49,192 nucleotides of DNA from Planctomycetota bacterium (GCA_039190745.1 JBCCXZ010000025.1:1-49192); one strand, 5' to 3'; shown: positions 10,166-23,069, counted from the first letter of the stretch. The notes: a model not told the origin generated them from the letters alone. Made by a program: numbers and translations.

Positions 10166-11317
10166 TCAGGCCGGGGCGTTTGCCGCCTGCTTGGCGGAGC
10201 GGGCGATGCGGCGGCGGATTGTGGGCCCGATGGACTTGAGCGTGAGGACCTCGTGCGCGAGGCCGGCCTCTTGCACGGAGCGCGGCATGCCCCAGACGGT
10301 GCTCGACTCGTGGTCTTGCACAAGCACCTTACCGCCCGCTGCCCGGACAGCTCGGGCGCCTTCGGTGCCGTCCTGCCCCATGCCTGTGAGCACGACCGCA
10401 GTCACTTGAGCGCCGTAGTACCTGGCGGCCGCGCGGAACATCACGTCGACCGCCGGGCGGCACGAGTTCTCAAGCGGGGCTTTGGTTAGGTTGGTGACTA
10501 CCTCGCCGTCGACCACGGCCAGGTCGAGGTGGTAGTCGCCCGGGGCTATCAGGATGTCGCCGGCTTGCGGCGGCGTGCCGGGGCGGGCTTCCTTCACCGC
10601 GGCGGGCGCGTACCGGGAGAGCGATTCGGCCAAGGCCCCGGTGAAGGACTTGGTCATGTGCTGTGTAATCAGGATCGGCAGCGGCTGGGGCGACAGCAGT
10701 CCTTCAAGCACGACCCCTAGCGCCGCAGGCCCGCCGGTGGACGCTCCGATCACAACAATGCCGGGCGTGGCCGTGCGGTAGTCGGCAGACTGCTCTTGGG
10801 TGTCTGCCTGGACGGCTTCTTGGCCTTCTCGATGGTTGGCACTCGGTTCGGTCTTGCGCTCGCGTGCTGGTTTGGAGGCGGACTCCTCGTAGACGCCGTG
10901 GGTCCAGCTGTGGCTGAGGATCTCCCGCATCTTGCCGAGCAGTTCCCTGCGGAGGTAGTCGGCGGTGTTCAGTCCTGTATCCGGCGGCGGTTTCTTGCAG
11001 ATAAAGTCTGTGGCGCCGGCCATCAGAGCGTCGAGCGTCTTCCGGGCTCCCTTCTCAGCGTGGCCGCTGCAGACCAGCACAGGCAAGCGGCCGTAGCGTT
11101 TGCGGACTCGGTGGAGGACCTCGATGCCGTCGACGTGGGGCATCTCCAGGTCGAGCGTGATAATGTCGGGCCGGTGCTCTTCGATCGCGTCGAGCACCTC
11201 CTCGCCGTGAGCCGATTCGCCGACGACCCTGAAACCAGGGTCGCCGGCGATGAGCTTCTTAAGCAAGCGTCGGATCGCGACGCTGTCGTCTACAACTAGC
11301 ACGCCGTAGGTTGGCAT
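10166..11317 (-). CDS. cheB: Chemotaxis response regulator/methylesterase CheB
   Basis: Receiver domain (VVDDS, TLDLEMP) plus GASTGGP, TQHM, RPAVD, LTGMGQDG. Confidence 0.95.
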   Translation of the reverse strand: MPTYGVLVVDDSVAIRRLLKKLIAGDPGFRVVGESAHGEEVLDAIEEHRPDIITLDLEMPHVDGIEVLHRVRKRYGRLPVLVCSGHAEKGARKTLDALMAGATDFICKKPPPDTGLNTADYLRRELLGKMREILSHSWTHGVYEESASKPARERKTEPSANHREGQEAVQADTQEQSADYRTATPGIVVIGASTGGPAALGVVLEGLLSPQPLPILITQHMTKSFTGALAESLSRYAPAAVKEARPGTPPQAGDILIAPGDYHLDLAVVDGEVVTNLTKAPLENSCRPAVDVMFRAAARYYGAQVTAVVLTGMGQDGTEGARAVRAAGGKVLVQDHESSTVWGMPRSVQEAGLAHEVLTLKSIGPTIRRRIARSAKQAANAPA

Positions 11318-11370
11318 GGTTTCACCGTATCGAGTTCGACTTCGTGTGAGTGCTCTCGATACTCTAGCTC

Positions 11371-13194
11371 TCAGATGCGGAATCGGCCGATCAGGCTTTG
11401 GAGTTGTGAACCAAGTCGTGCCAAGTCGTTGGCCGCTTCCTTGGTGTTACCGACAACACCGAGCGTTTCCTGCGCGGCCGTTTCCACCGACGTAATGTGG
11501 TCGGTGATCTGCCCCGTGCCGCTGGCAGCGTTCTCGACGTTGCGAGAGATCTCGCGGGTCATCGCGGTCTGCTCTTCGACGGCCCCGGCGATGGTGGTCG
11601 AGATCTCGTTGATCTGGTTGATCACCCCGGCGATCTGGCCGATCGCGTCGACGGCCCCGCGACTGTCGGACTGGATCGCCTCGATCTTCTGACCGATGTC
11701 TTCGGTGGCCCGGCCGGTGGCCTTGGCGAGTTCTTTGACCTCGTTCGCCACCACGGCGAAGCCCTTGCCTGCCTCTCCGGCGCGGGCCGCCTCGATCGTC
11801 GCGTTGAGGGCCAGCAGGTTGGTCTGCTCGGCGATCGAGTTGATCACCTTGATGACCTTGCCGATCTCGGTGCTGCTCTCGCCGAGCTTGCTGATGGTGG
11901 TGTTGGTCTGTTCGGCGGCGGTAACCGCTTCGCCGGCGACCTGGGCCGCGGAGTGGGCGTTGGAGGCGATCTCCTGGATGGTGGTGTTCATCTCCTGGAC
12001 GCTGGTGGTGACCGTTTGGACGTTCGAATCGACTTCCTTCGATACGCGGCTGCTGTTGGCGGCCATCTCGGAAGTGGATTCAGCGTTGGTGCCCATCTGC
12101 TCGCTGGCAGCGGTCAGTTCCTCCGCGGCTCCGGCCAGCGTGACGGCGGTGTCGGCCATCTTGGCGATACTCTCCCGCAGGCTGTTGAAGAGTTGCTTGA
12201 GCCCGCTTCCCACTTGACCGATGGCGTCGTCGCCCTCGACGGTGATCTCCTGCGTCAGGTCGCCGTCGGCCGCGGCATTCACGACGCTCAGCAGGGAATC
12301 CACCTTCTCTTTGAGTTCCTCCGCCTCTTTCTGTTCGCGGACCTTCCGCTCATCGGCCTCACGCCGCATCTGCACCTGCTCGGTGATGTCGCTCGCGTAC
12401 TTTACGACCTTGTAGAGCTTGCCGTCTTGGTCGGCGAGGGGGCTGTAGCGCGCCTGAATCCAGATCTCGGCGTTGCCCTTCCCGAAACGGCGGTACTCTC
12501 CGGCGTCCGCCTCGCCACGGTTTAGTTTCGCCCAGAACTCTGCGTACTCGGGGCCTGCAGCCTCTTCGGGGTCGCAGAAAATCCTGTGGTGCTTCCCGCG
12601 GATCTCGTCAAGCGAGTACCCCGTCGCCCCGAGGAAGTTCTCGTTCGCGGTGAGGATGGTGCCGTCGAGTTCGAACTCGATCACGGCTTGGGCGGCGCTG
12701 ATCGCATTAATCTGATTGGTGTAGTCGAGGTTTTTTTCTTCCAAGATCAACCGCTCGGTGATGACGTTCCATGTGACCATGGCGCCAACGTAGTCGCCGG
12801 AGTCGTCGTAGATCGCGCTGACAAGCAGGTCGAGGGTCTCGTCGCCGAGCTTGATATTGGTGCGGTGCGGCAGGTTGCTTGGGTCGGCGAGCAACCGACG
12901 CTGCGTTTCAGGTTTTTTGTGGAACGTGTCGATCGACTGCCCGAGGATCTCGTCGGCGGGTATCGGCAGCAGGTGCTCGATCGCGCGGAGCTGCTTCACC
13001 GAAGCGGGGTTGATGTAGCGGATCACGCAGTCGAGGTCGGCGAAGATGACGTTGATCGGCGCGTTCTCGAGCATCGCCATCGCCCGCTGGCCGATGTGCA
13101 ACTGCTCGTCTTGCTCGCCAGCCGAAGGGGCGGCTTCGGCCTTGGACTTCTTCTTGGCTCTCTTTGCGGCCGGGGCTTGGGCAGTGGCGGGCAT
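11371..13194 (-). CDS. Cytoplasmic methyl-accepting chemotaxis protein with two PAS domains and a HAMP-like segment
   Basis: [37 protein letters not shown]; no TM segment; PAS motifs. Confidence 0.93.
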   Translation of the reverse strand: MPATAQAPAAKRAKKKSKAEAAPSAGEQDEQLHIGQRAMAMLENAPINVIFADLDCVIRYINPASVKQLRAIEHLLPIPADEILGQSIDTFHKKPETQRRLLADPSNLPHRTNIKLGDETLDLLVSAIYDDSGDYVGAMVTWNVITERLILEEKNLDYTNQINAISAAQAVIEFELDGTILTANENFLGATGYSLDEIRGKHHRIFCDPEEAAGPEYAEFWAKLNRGEADAGEYRRFGKGNAEIWIQARYSPLADQDGKLYKVVKYASDITEQVQMRREADERKVREQKEAEELKEKVDSLLSVVNAAADGDLTQEITVEGDDAIGQVGSGLKQLFNSLRESIAKMADTAVTLAGAAEELTAASEQMGTNAESTSEMAANSSRVSKEVDSNVQTVTTSVQEMNTTIQEIASNAHSAAQVAGEAVTAAEQTNTTISKLGESSTEIGKVIKVINSIAEQTNLLALNATIEAARAGEAGKGFAVVANEVKELAKATGRATEDIGQKIEAIQSDSRGAVDAIGQIAGVINQINEISTTIAGAVEEQTAMTREISRNVENAASGTGQITDHITSVETAAQETLGVVGNTKEAANDLARLGSQLQSLIGRFRI

Positions 13195-13234
13195 GTTCGA
13201 TTCTCCTTGGGCGGGTAGCGGTGTGTACGGTGCG

Positions 13235-13750
13235 TTAGCTCGCGAGAGCGGCAGGGTCTTCGTGAGTCCGGGCGGGGCGTTTCCACGCGCGGCGTTCGTC
13301 GATCAAGAAATCTAGAAGTCGGTCCACGTCCAACTGGAGCAGCAGCCGGCCGGGTAGTTGGTAGGCCCCCGCAAGCAGAGGACGGATGTCTTCCGCAACG
13401 GTGGCCGGCGTGGGTTCGATGCTCGCGGTGTCGAGGGTCAGCACGTCGCCGATCTCATCGACCTTCAGGCTGTAGGCGGAGGAACCCCGGCGGACCACGA
13501 CGCTCTTGGGCGAGGCGTCCTCGCCCTGTGGGTCTGGTGTGGAGCCGATCGCGTCGAGCCGGAGCCGCTCCCGCAGGTCGACCTCGAGCACGATCTCCCC
13601 GCGGAGATTGATCAAGCCCGAAACCAACGGGGGAGACCCCGGCACTTCGGTGACGTCCTGGCAGAAGATCACCTCCTGGACACGCCCCACCTCAAGACCG
13701 AGCAACAGGTCGTCGAGATGGAAGGTGCAGATCTGGCATTCATCGTGCAT
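13235..13750 (-). CDS. cheW: CheW coupling protein
   Basis: VQEVI...[21 protein letters not shown]. Confidence 0.92.
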   Translation of the reverse strand: MHDECQICTFHLDDLLLGLEVGRVQEVIFCQDVTEVPGSPPLVSGLINLRGEIVLEVDLRERLRLDAIGSTPDPQGEDASPKSVVVRRGSSAYSLKVDEIGDVLTLDTASIEPTPATVAEDIRPLLAGAYQLPGRLLLQLDVDRLLDFLIDERRAWKRPARTHEDPAALAS

Positions 13751-13784
13751 CGTGGTTTCCTTGTGCTGGCGTCCTCTAAGACGT

Positions 13785-16094
13785 TCAGGCTCCGGTCCAT
13801 TGGCCTATGCGGCTGTCGAGGTCGACGACCTCGATGGTGCGTCCGTCGACAACCGCGATGCTGGGGGCGGATTCGCCATCGACGCCTCCCAGCGGACGCT
13901 TTGCGACCTCGGTAGAGTCGCAGATTCTGCTGACCACCAGTCCGACGTGGCCATGGTCTGTCCGGAACACCACCACCGGGAGGTCAACCTCCTCGTCGGG
14001 CTCCTCAGAGAGCTCGGCGAGTAACGATCCTGCTCGCCGGTCCGACGTCAGCTCCGTGAGATTGACCAGCGGCAGAACGTCTTCGCGGTACTGCACCACG
14101 TCGCGGCCGCTGCACTGTTCGACCTTCTCGCGGGCGATCTGCTCCAGCCGCACCACGTGCTCCATGGGCACGGCAATGCGCTGCCCTTCTCCTGCTTCGA
14201 CCACGAGGACTTGTTCCAGGTCTTCGTCGACGGGGCTGGCTTGCTGCTCGGGTTCGGCCTGCTTGCCCCCCTCTTGGAGCAGGGCTTCCGACTTCGCGAT
14301 GCCGCTCGCGTCGAGGATCAGGCCGACCGACCCGTCGCCGAAGATCGTCGACCCCGCGTAGACGCCGAGGGGCTTCAACTGATCGCAGAGGCTCTTCACG
14401 ACGATCTCTTCGGTGTCGCGGACGCCGTCGACAACCAGGCCGAAACGCTGTTGGTCTGCCTGCAAGACGACGATGCTTACCGAGTCGGTCTTCAGCCGCG
14501 CTGCGTAGTCGGAGCGTTCGCCCCGGAGCACGTCGCCCAACACGGCAAGCGGCAACAGCTTGCCCCTGAGTCGGCAGACGGGGGCGCCGTGGTAGAAATC
14601 AATCCGGTTGTCGATCTCTTCTCCTTCGAGGCGGAGCAGCTCGACCAGGTTGAGCTGGGGGATCGCGTAGTCGTTGTCGTCGGCCCGCACAATCAGAGCG
14701 GGGATGATCGCGAGGGTGAGGGGCATTTTGATGGTGAGCTTCGTGCCGCGGCCCTGCTTGCTGTCGATCTCGACCGTGCCGCCGATCTTCTGGATGCTTG
14801 TGCGGACGACGTCCATGCCGACGCCCCTGCCGGAGATATTCGTTACCTGCTCTGCTGTAGAGAAACCGGCGGCGAAGATCAGTTGCGTGAGGTCGCGCTG
14901 ACTCATCTGATCGACTTGGGTGCGGGTCACGATCCCTTTGCTGATGGCCTTCTCAGCAACCCGCTGCGTATTGACGCCGGCTCCGTCGTCGGCGATTTCG
15001 ATGTAGACCTGGCCGCCCTCATGGTAGGCACGCAAAGAAAGGCACCCCTCGGCGGGCTTCCCCGCCGCCAACCGCTCCTCGGGACTCTCGATCCCGTGAT
15101 CGGCAGAGTTGCGTACGATGTGCGTCAGCGGGTCTTTCAGGGCCTCGACCAACGTCTTGTCGAGCTCGGTCTCCTGACCGTCCATCTCGACGCGTATCTG
15201 CTTCTCGAACGAAACCGAAAGGTCTCGTACGATCCGGGGGACTTTGTCCCAAATGGTTCTGATCGGCTGCATGCGGGTCTTCATCAGCCCCTGCTGCAGC
15301 TCGGTGGTGATCACGTTCAGCCGCTGTGTGGTGGTAATGAACGAAGAGTCGCCGTTCTGATCGGCGAGCATCACGAGCTGGTTTCTGGTGAGAACCAGCT
15401 CCCCAACCAGATTCATCAGTTCGTCGAGAAGGTCCACGCACACCCGGATCGTGCTGTCGCCCGACCGCGCGGCGTTCGACTTGGCGGCCGCGTTCGCCTC
15501 GGCCTTGGCGGGTTGCTGGGTTGCTTCCTGAGACGGCTCGGCAGGCTTCGCGGACTGTTGTTGCTCGGCATCCTCCACGGGGGGCGGGTCGGCCGCGGCC
15601 TCCTGGGAAGCCGCCTCTTCACGCTTCAGCCGGAGCTGCTCTTCGATGGCCGCGTCGAGATCGTCGAGGTCGGCCGCCGCCTGGAGCTCGCTCGGTTCGG
15701 CGGCAGCGGCCTCGCCCGGGTTGCGGAGCGTTTCGAGCTTGCTAATCAGGCCCGAGTAGTCCAAGCGGCTCTCGTACTGACCGTCGCGCACCTCGTCGAC
15801 TAGTTCCCGGAGTGAGTCGTTGAGTTCGAGCAGCACGGAGATGATCTCCGTGGAAACATCGAGGTCTCCGTCCCTGATGTCGGACAGGAGGTTCTCGCCT
15901 GCGTGCGCAACCTCTCCCAGAGTCAGTAACTCTAGGAATCCGCTGGTCCCCTTCATCGTGTGGACGCAGCGGAAGATGCGGCTGACGATTTCGGGATCGT
16001 CGGACGAACGTTCGAGCTCGATGAGGTCGAGGTCGAGTTGGTCGATCGCCTCCGCCGACTCGGTGAGGAACTCGTCGAGCAACTGCATGTCCAT
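13785..16094 (-). CDS. cheA: CheA histidine kinase with two CheW-like domains
   Basis: Hpt IFRCVHTMKG, HIVRNSADHGIE, DDGAG, GFSTA, SGRGVGMDVV; start taken as MDMQLLDEF (uncertain). Confidence 0.94.
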   Translation of the reverse strand: MDMQLLDEFLTESAEAIDQLDLDLIELERSSDDPEIVSRIFRCVHTMKGTSGFLELLTLGEVAHAGENLLSDIRDGDLDVSTEIISVLLELNDSLRELVDEVRDGQYESRLDYSGLISKLETLRNPGEAAAAEPSELQAAADLDDLDAAIEEQLRLKREEAASQEAAADPPPVEDAEQQQSAKPAEPSQEATQQPAKAEANAAAKSNAARSGDSTIRVCVDLLDELMNLVGELVLTRNQLVMLADQNGDSSFITTTQRLNVITTELQQGLMKTRMQPIRTIWDKVPRIVRDLSVSFEKQIRVEMDGQETELDKTLVEALKDPLTHIVRNSADHGIESPEERLAAGKPAEGCLSLRAYHEGGQVYIEIADDGAGVNTQRVAEKAISKGIVTRTQVDQMSQRDLTQLIFAAGFSTAEQVTNISGRGVGMDVVRTSIQKIGGTVEIDSKQGRGTKLTIKMPLTLAIIPALIVRADDNDYAIPQLNLVELLRLEGEEIDNRIDFYHGAPVCRLRGKLLPLAVLGDVLRGERSDYAARLKTDSVSIVVLQADQQRFGLVVDGVRDTEEIVVKSLCDQLKPLGVYAGSTIFGDGSVGLILDASGIAKSEALLQEGGKQAEPEQQASPVDEDLEQVLVVEAGEGQRIAVPMEHVVRLEQIAREKVEQCSGRDVVQYREDVLPLVNLTELTSDRRAGSLLAELSEEPDEEVDLPVVVFRTDHGHVGLVVSRICDSTEVAKRPLGGVDGESAPSIAVVDGRTIEVVDLDSRIGQWTGA

Positions 16095-16774
16095 GGATGA
16101 CCCCGCAGGTGGTAGGCTGATCGCTGGTACGCTGCGCACGCGGCGTACTGCGGGTTGAACTTGGGGCGCCGCATAAGACGACTGTTTCAACGGCGACCGG
16201 AAAAACTTGGTCACGCCTCGCTGCTAGGCAAGTCGTTGCAAATACGAATCACGAACAATCGATAAGAAACGTCGACCCAGAGTTGGGATGTGCAATCAGC
16301 ACTCCGGGCGTGCAGATTCGGTTTTGCAAACCGCAGGAAGCCGGTGCAGATTTATGCACGCCTGATCGGCGCTTGTTTCCGTTGCATCTGGCGTGGGGCT
16401 CAACGCACCACAGGAGAGTGCGGAGACACGATCGGCCAGGCGCTGCTTCGGAGAGTGTCGACCGCAAGAAGGAAGCCTTCTTTTGGAACGTTCGAACCGA
16501 CTTTAATGTGGGCTGCTGGCCGTCAGCAGCCAACTTCGATGCCTGCCACAGCCTCACGAACCGGGTTCCGCGGGAGTTTCTCTTCCGAACCTCAATAACT
16601 CGAGTTCTATGGTGAGTTGCCGCAAACCCTTGGTCTGTCCCGCTCAATTGTGGCCTGCACCCCGGGGATCCGAAATGAGATACGGCCGATTGCTTTCGCT
16701 TCACACCGCAATCAGCGATAATCCGGGTTTGGCGGGGAACTCGTCTAGCGGAAGCTACTTTGAGGAGGCAATCC

Positions 16775-18560
16775 ATGCGCTCTGCTGCGCTCGCTCTATC
16801 GTTCGGAACCGCTGCGTTGCTGGCGGCAAACTGTGTTTACGCCGACCTGCCGTCGGGCAACCCGATCCCTGGCAATGTCTCGACGGCGTTCTGGTCAATC
16901 GAGCTCGAAGAGGTCGTGTCGATCCCCGACAGCGGCGGTACCTTCGCACGGCTGGAGTTTCTCACCGGGGGCGGGGCGCCGGGGCAGGCCTATGTGATCG
17001 ACCAGCGAGGAGAGATCTACTCGTTCGACCCGAGCAGCCCGAACCCGACGCCGACGGTGTTCCTCGACCTGTCGACGGCGGTGCCGAATTTCAATTTCCA
17101 GTTCCAGACCGGCGTCCGAGGAATGGCGTTCCACCCGGACTTCAACAACCAGGGGACGGACGGCTACCGAAAGTTCTATACCTCTCATAGCCGGAATGCA
17201 TTTGCTCCTACGGTTCCAGGAACGGTAAACCCGACGTTCTTCAACGCACCGAACCCTCCGGGTCTGGATCACGACTCAGTCGTTGGAGAGTGGACGGTTA
17301 ACGCAAACGGAACCGTGAACACATCGTCTTACAGAGAGTTGGTGCGAGTTGGTCAACCGTTTACTCAAGCCGGTCAACCAGGGAGCGACCACAACATCGG
17401 TTCGATCGGATTCAACCCCAACGCGGGACCGGGAGACGACGATTACGGGAATCTCTACATTGCATTGGGCGATGGGGGCGGCCCGAACGACCCGAACGAC
17501 CTCGCGCAGAATATCAACACCAACCAGCCGGGCGGGGCGACAGGTTTCCCGCACGGTTCGATCCTGCGGATCGACCCGATCCAATCGGGGGGCAACCCCT
17601 ACACCATCCCGACCGACAACCCGTTTGCTGGGCAGTCAGGCATCATCCAGGAAATCTGGGCCTACGGCCTACGGAACCCCCACAAGTTTTCGTTTGACAC
17701 CGCGGGCGACGGCAAGATGCTCATCTCCGACATCGGCCAGGTCAATGTCGAGGAGATCAACCTCGGCGCTCCGGGCGCCAACTACGGCTGGGTGGAGCGG
17801 GAGGGCACGTTCCTCAAACCGGGCACGAGTTCGAGTCTCGACCCGCTGCCGGCGGGTCACCCGACAGACGGCTTCACCTACCCGGTCGCCCAGTACGACC
17901 GGAACAACGGGCTAGGTTCCGGCAGTTGGGCCGTGGTTGGCGGCTCGGTTTACCGGGGGACGAACGTGCCGCAGCTGACCGGCATGTACCTGTTTGGCGA
18001 TTTCGCGACGAACTCTGGGCCGATCCTGGCGGTGGACGTCGATGAGTTGATTCAGCGCGAAGACTTCGGCGATCTGAACAACCTCAGCGGCGGCAACATC
18101 GCTCCGTACGAGCGTCTCCGCTTGATCGACGGCTCCGACGGCGTGGAGAAGACCCTGCTTGAAATCATCCAGGAAACCAACCCCGGCACGAACCGGACCG
18201 ACCTCCGCTTCGGGGTCGGGCCGGACGACGAGATCTACATCCTTAACAAGCGGGACGGCATCGTGCGGCGGATCGCTTCAGCTTCGGGGCTGGCCGACGG
18301 CGACACCGACCGCGACGGCGACGTCGACCTCGCAGACCTGCTCACGCTGCAGCGCAACTTCGGCGGGGCGGGCGACTGGAGCGACGGCGACGTCAACGGC
18401 GACGCGGTGGTCGACGGGACTGACCTCGCCTTGCTGGAAGCGGCGCTGGGCAGCGGGTCGGCCGTGTCGGGCGGGGCTGTGAGTATCCCCGAGCCGGGTG
18501 CGGTTTCGCTGGTTGTTGCGTGGTGCGTCGTGCTTGCCGCTGATGGTCGCCGGCGGGCGT

Positions 18561-18574
<14 letters not shown>
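16775..18574 (+). CDS. Exported PQQ-dependent glucose/sorbosone dehydrogenase-family beta-propeller with dockerin-like repeats and PEP-CTERM
   Basis: GAGGAGG RBS, signal peptide, GMAFHPDF, LYIALGDGG, IWAYGLRNPH, EEIN..GANYGW, DGDTDRDGDVD, IPEPG-TM-RRR. Confidence 0.85.
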
Positions 18575-20429
<1,855 letters not shown>

Positions 20430-20563
20430 AGCTGAAAGTACTCTGTGGTTGCTGAGTTGCTAACGCCGGTTAGGTTTGGAGCAAGGGCTCGGCCCGCTTG
20501 CGGGAATCCTACCAGCCGGCCCCCAAACGGGCCATCTCAGGAGCCGCCGGCGGGGCATAACGC

Positions 20564-20579
20564 TGGCACGCCGACTGCT
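20564..20579 (+). promoter_or_regulatory. Putative sigma54 (-24/-12) promoter upstream of kdsB
   Basis: TGGCACG-CCGA-CTGCT versus consensus TGGCACG-N4-TTGCW, correct GG-N10-GC spacing. Confidence 0.45.
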
Positions 20580-20668
20580 ATGGGGCGGAGCAGGCGGATC
20601 GGTTATTTACACTCCTTTGGCTTGGAGCTTGCCCCGCGATTGCGAATCTGTGACTGCCTGGGACTCTA

Positions 20669-21439
20669 ATGTTTGAATCGATCGGTTACGGCCCGTGTGT
20701 ATTGGTGATCCCCGCCCGTCGGCGGTCGCAGCGGCTGCCGGGCAAGATGCTGCTGCGCGAGACGGGCCGGACGGTGGTGCAGCACACGTATGAGGCGGCC
20801 TGCCGGGCGGAGCTGCCGGACGCGGTGGTGGTGGCGACGGACGATGCGGAGATCGCCGATGAGGCCCGCGGGTTTGGGGCGCCGGTGGTGATGACGAACC
20901 CGGATTGCCCGAGCGGCACCGACCGCGTGGCCGAGGCCGTGGGCAAGATGCCGGCGGCGGAGTTGGTCGTGAACCTGCAGGGAGACGAACCGGAGATCGA
21001 CCCGTGTGCGATCGACCGGCTGATCGAATCGCTGCGTGAGTCTCCTGAAAGTTCAATGGCCACGCTTGCGGCTCCGATCCGCGAGCGGGCGAAGCTGTTC
21101 GACCCTTCCTGCGTGAAGGTGGTTTTCGACGAGTCTGGCAAAGCGATCTACTTCAGCCGCAGCCCGGTGCCGCACCCGCGGGAGTGGCACGACAAGCTGC
21201 TGACGGCGGAACCGCCGGCGTTCTTTCAGCACATCGGCGTCTATGCGTACCGGCGTGAGCTGCTGCTGGGGCTCTCGAAGCTGCCGGTCGGGCGGCTTGA
21301 GAAGCTCGAGAAGCTTGAGCAGCTGCGCGTGCTAGAGAGCGGCCGGACGATCGAGGTGGTGGAGATCGACCACGCGGTGGCGGGGATCGACACGCCGGAG
21401 GACTACGCAGAGTTCGTGGAGCGTCGTCGGGCGGGTTGA
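20669..21439 (+). CDS. kdsB: 3-deoxy-manno-octulosonate cytidylyltransferase
   Basis: IPARRRSQRLPGK, SGTDR, VNLQGDEP, YFSRSP, HIGVYAY, EKLEQLR. Confidence 0.93.
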   Translation: MFESIGYGPCVLVIPARRRSQRLPGKMLLRETGRTVVQHTYEAACRAELPDAVVVATDDAEIADEARGFGAPVVMTNPDCPSGTDRVAEAVGKMPAAELVVNLQGDEPEIDPCAIDRLIESLRESPESSMATLAAPIRERAKLFDPSCVKVVFDESGKAIYFSRSPVPHPREWHDKLLTAEPPAFFQHIGVYAYRRELLLGLSKLPVGRLEKLEKLEQLRVLESGRTIEVVEIDHAVAGIDTPEDYAEFVERRRAG

Positions 21440-21548
21440 TGGCTCGTGCTTTGGCGGCTCGTGCTTTCTGCGATTGGGGGCTCGTTGACCTGCCCCGCGG
21501 GCACACTTAGACTTCGAGGGTCTGAACCTCTTTAGGTCCCGCCTCCCC

Positions 21549-22115
21549 ATGCTCCGGCGTTCATCTCTCAGGGCTTTCTCCCGCAAGGCTGTTGCTGTGG
21601 CAATGGCTGTGGTGTTGGCGGTTTGCAGTCTGGGCATCCCTTTGCCGGGTCCGGCCAAGGAGACGGAAGAAGCCTTCCCCTGCATGGACTGCCCATGCGC
21701 CTGTGCCGAAGCCAAGACTTGCTGGGAGAATTGCTGCTGCATGACCGACGCCCAGAAGCTGGTTTGGGCGGCCCGGAATGGGGTGGTCCCGCCTAGTTTT
21801 GTAGTGGCGAGGGCGCGGTCGTGCTCAGAGCCGGTCGCGCGGAGCTGTTGTTCGAAAGGCCCGGCGGCGGGGAGCCCGGCGAATGAAGTCGCCGGGCCGG
21901 ATGACGGACCTGTCGGCGTTTTGGTTTGGAAGGCTCTTGAGTGCCGGGGGTTGTCGATGGGGTGGCTGGTTGCGATCCCGACGCTCTCGGCAGACGAATC
22001 CGGTTCACTCGTCCCCGCGGAGACGCCGCCGGCGCCAGTCTGCGTGCGGTCTCCGCTCTTCTCGGTCGTGCTGTACGACCACGACACGCCGCCCCCGCAG
22101 GCTTCTGCCGCGTGA
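21549..22115 (+). CDS. Cys-rich exported protein with Pro-rich C-terminus
   Basis: Signal-like N-terminus; FPCMDCPCAC...CWENCCC, SCC; ends TPPPQASAA. Confidence 0.75.
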   Translation: MLRRSSLRAFSRKAVAVAMAVVLAVCSLGIPLPGPAKETEEAFPCMDCPCACAEAKTCWENCCCMTDAQKLVWAARNGVVPPSFVVARARSCSEPVARSCCSKGPAAGSPANEVAGPDDGPVGVLVWKALECRGLSMGWLVAIPTLSADESGSLVPAETPPAPVCVRSPLFSVVLYDHDTPPPQASAA

Positions 22116-22173
22116 CATCGCCTCTCGAGATTGGGTTTTGACTGCGTACGCCGTGTGCGCAGAGCAACGGCTT

Positions 22174-22246
22174 TGTGGGAGGGCTCTCTGAGCCCGATTA
22201 CGCTCCGCGATGGATGCGGTAATCGGCCCCGGAGAGGCCTCCCACA
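22174..22246. repeat. REPIN (inverted pair of GTGG-type REPs)
   Basis: TGTGGGAGGGCTCTCTGAGCCCGATTAC ... GTAATCGGCCCCGGAGAGGCCTCCCACA. Confidence 0.8.
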
Positions 22247-22358
22247 GGAGAAGTCTTGCCTCGACCAATGAGAGGCGCCTCTACCTCTCTAATGCCTGCT
22301 CCGGTTGCTCACCGTTCGTTGGTGATAGCCGACGCGGGTCTCGATTAGGAACCAACCC

Positions 22359-23069
22359 ATGCGCTGGCGGCGTGGATTCACGCTCGTCGAGCTGCTGGTG
22401 GTGGTCGCGGTGATCGGAGCGCTGATAGCGCTCTTGTTGCCCGCGGTCCAGGCGTCGCGTGCGGGCGCAAGGCGGACGCAGTGCGCGAACCACCTGAAGC
22501 AGATCGGCCTGGCGTTCCATATGTACCTGGACTCGCACGGCGGCGAGTTCCCGCGGAGTTCGCACTCGGCGAACATGTTCGGCGAGGCTCCGTGGGGTTA
22601 CGCCGTGGGGCCGTACCTCGACCCGGCGACCAGCCCGGACCCACAGAACCCGGTAATGCCCGGCGCTCTGAAGGGCGGCGTCTACCGCTGCCCCGACGAC
22701 ACGCGCGACGACTGGGAGGAGCGCGGGCTGTGGAGCTACGGGCAGAACGTGTGGCTCGAGCTGCGCGCCAACGAGACGGGCGGCGTGTTCGGGCAGCTTG
22801 AGGGCCCGACGTTCCGGCGTCTCAAGCAGGTGCGCTGCACGTCGCGGACGGTGTTGGTCTCTGAGCTGGAAAGCGGCTCGTCGGCGGACCACGTGATGGC
22901 GCACTTCTGGCACTTTGGCGGCGCGCCGGAGGTGGCGCGCGACCGCCACAGCGGGGTGTCGCACTACCTCTGGGTCGACGGCCGCGTCAGCAGCGAGCGG
23001 TTCGAGGATACGTTCGATAGAGAAGCCGGAGTGGACCTGTGGAACCCCGATACGGCGGGCGATCCGTGA
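22359..23069 (+). CDS. DUF1559-type protein with prepilin N-terminal cleavage/methylation motif and H-X9-DG motif
   Basis: [57 protein letters not shown]. Confidence 0.92.
   Translation: MRWRRGFTLVELLVVVAVIGALIALLLPAVQASRAGARRTQCANHLKQIGLAFHMYLDSHGGEFPRSSHSANMFGEAPWGYAVGPYLDPATSPDPQNPVMPGALKGGVYRCPDDTRDDWEERGLWSYGQNVWLELRANETGGVFGQLEGPTFRRLKQVRCTSRTVLVSELESGSSADHVMAHFWHFGGAPEVARDRHSGVSHYLWVDGRVSSERFEDTFDREAGVDLWNPDTAGDP

Noticed and set aside
16095..16774. ORFs and short palindromes (e.g. AACTCGAGTT) in the cheA/dehydrogenase intergenic region
   Set aside because: The ORFs look non-coding, and no convincing sigma28 or riboswitch motif was found.
20430..20668. glmS ribozyme upstream of glmS
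   Set aside because: I could not find the conserved ribozyme core on the minus strand.
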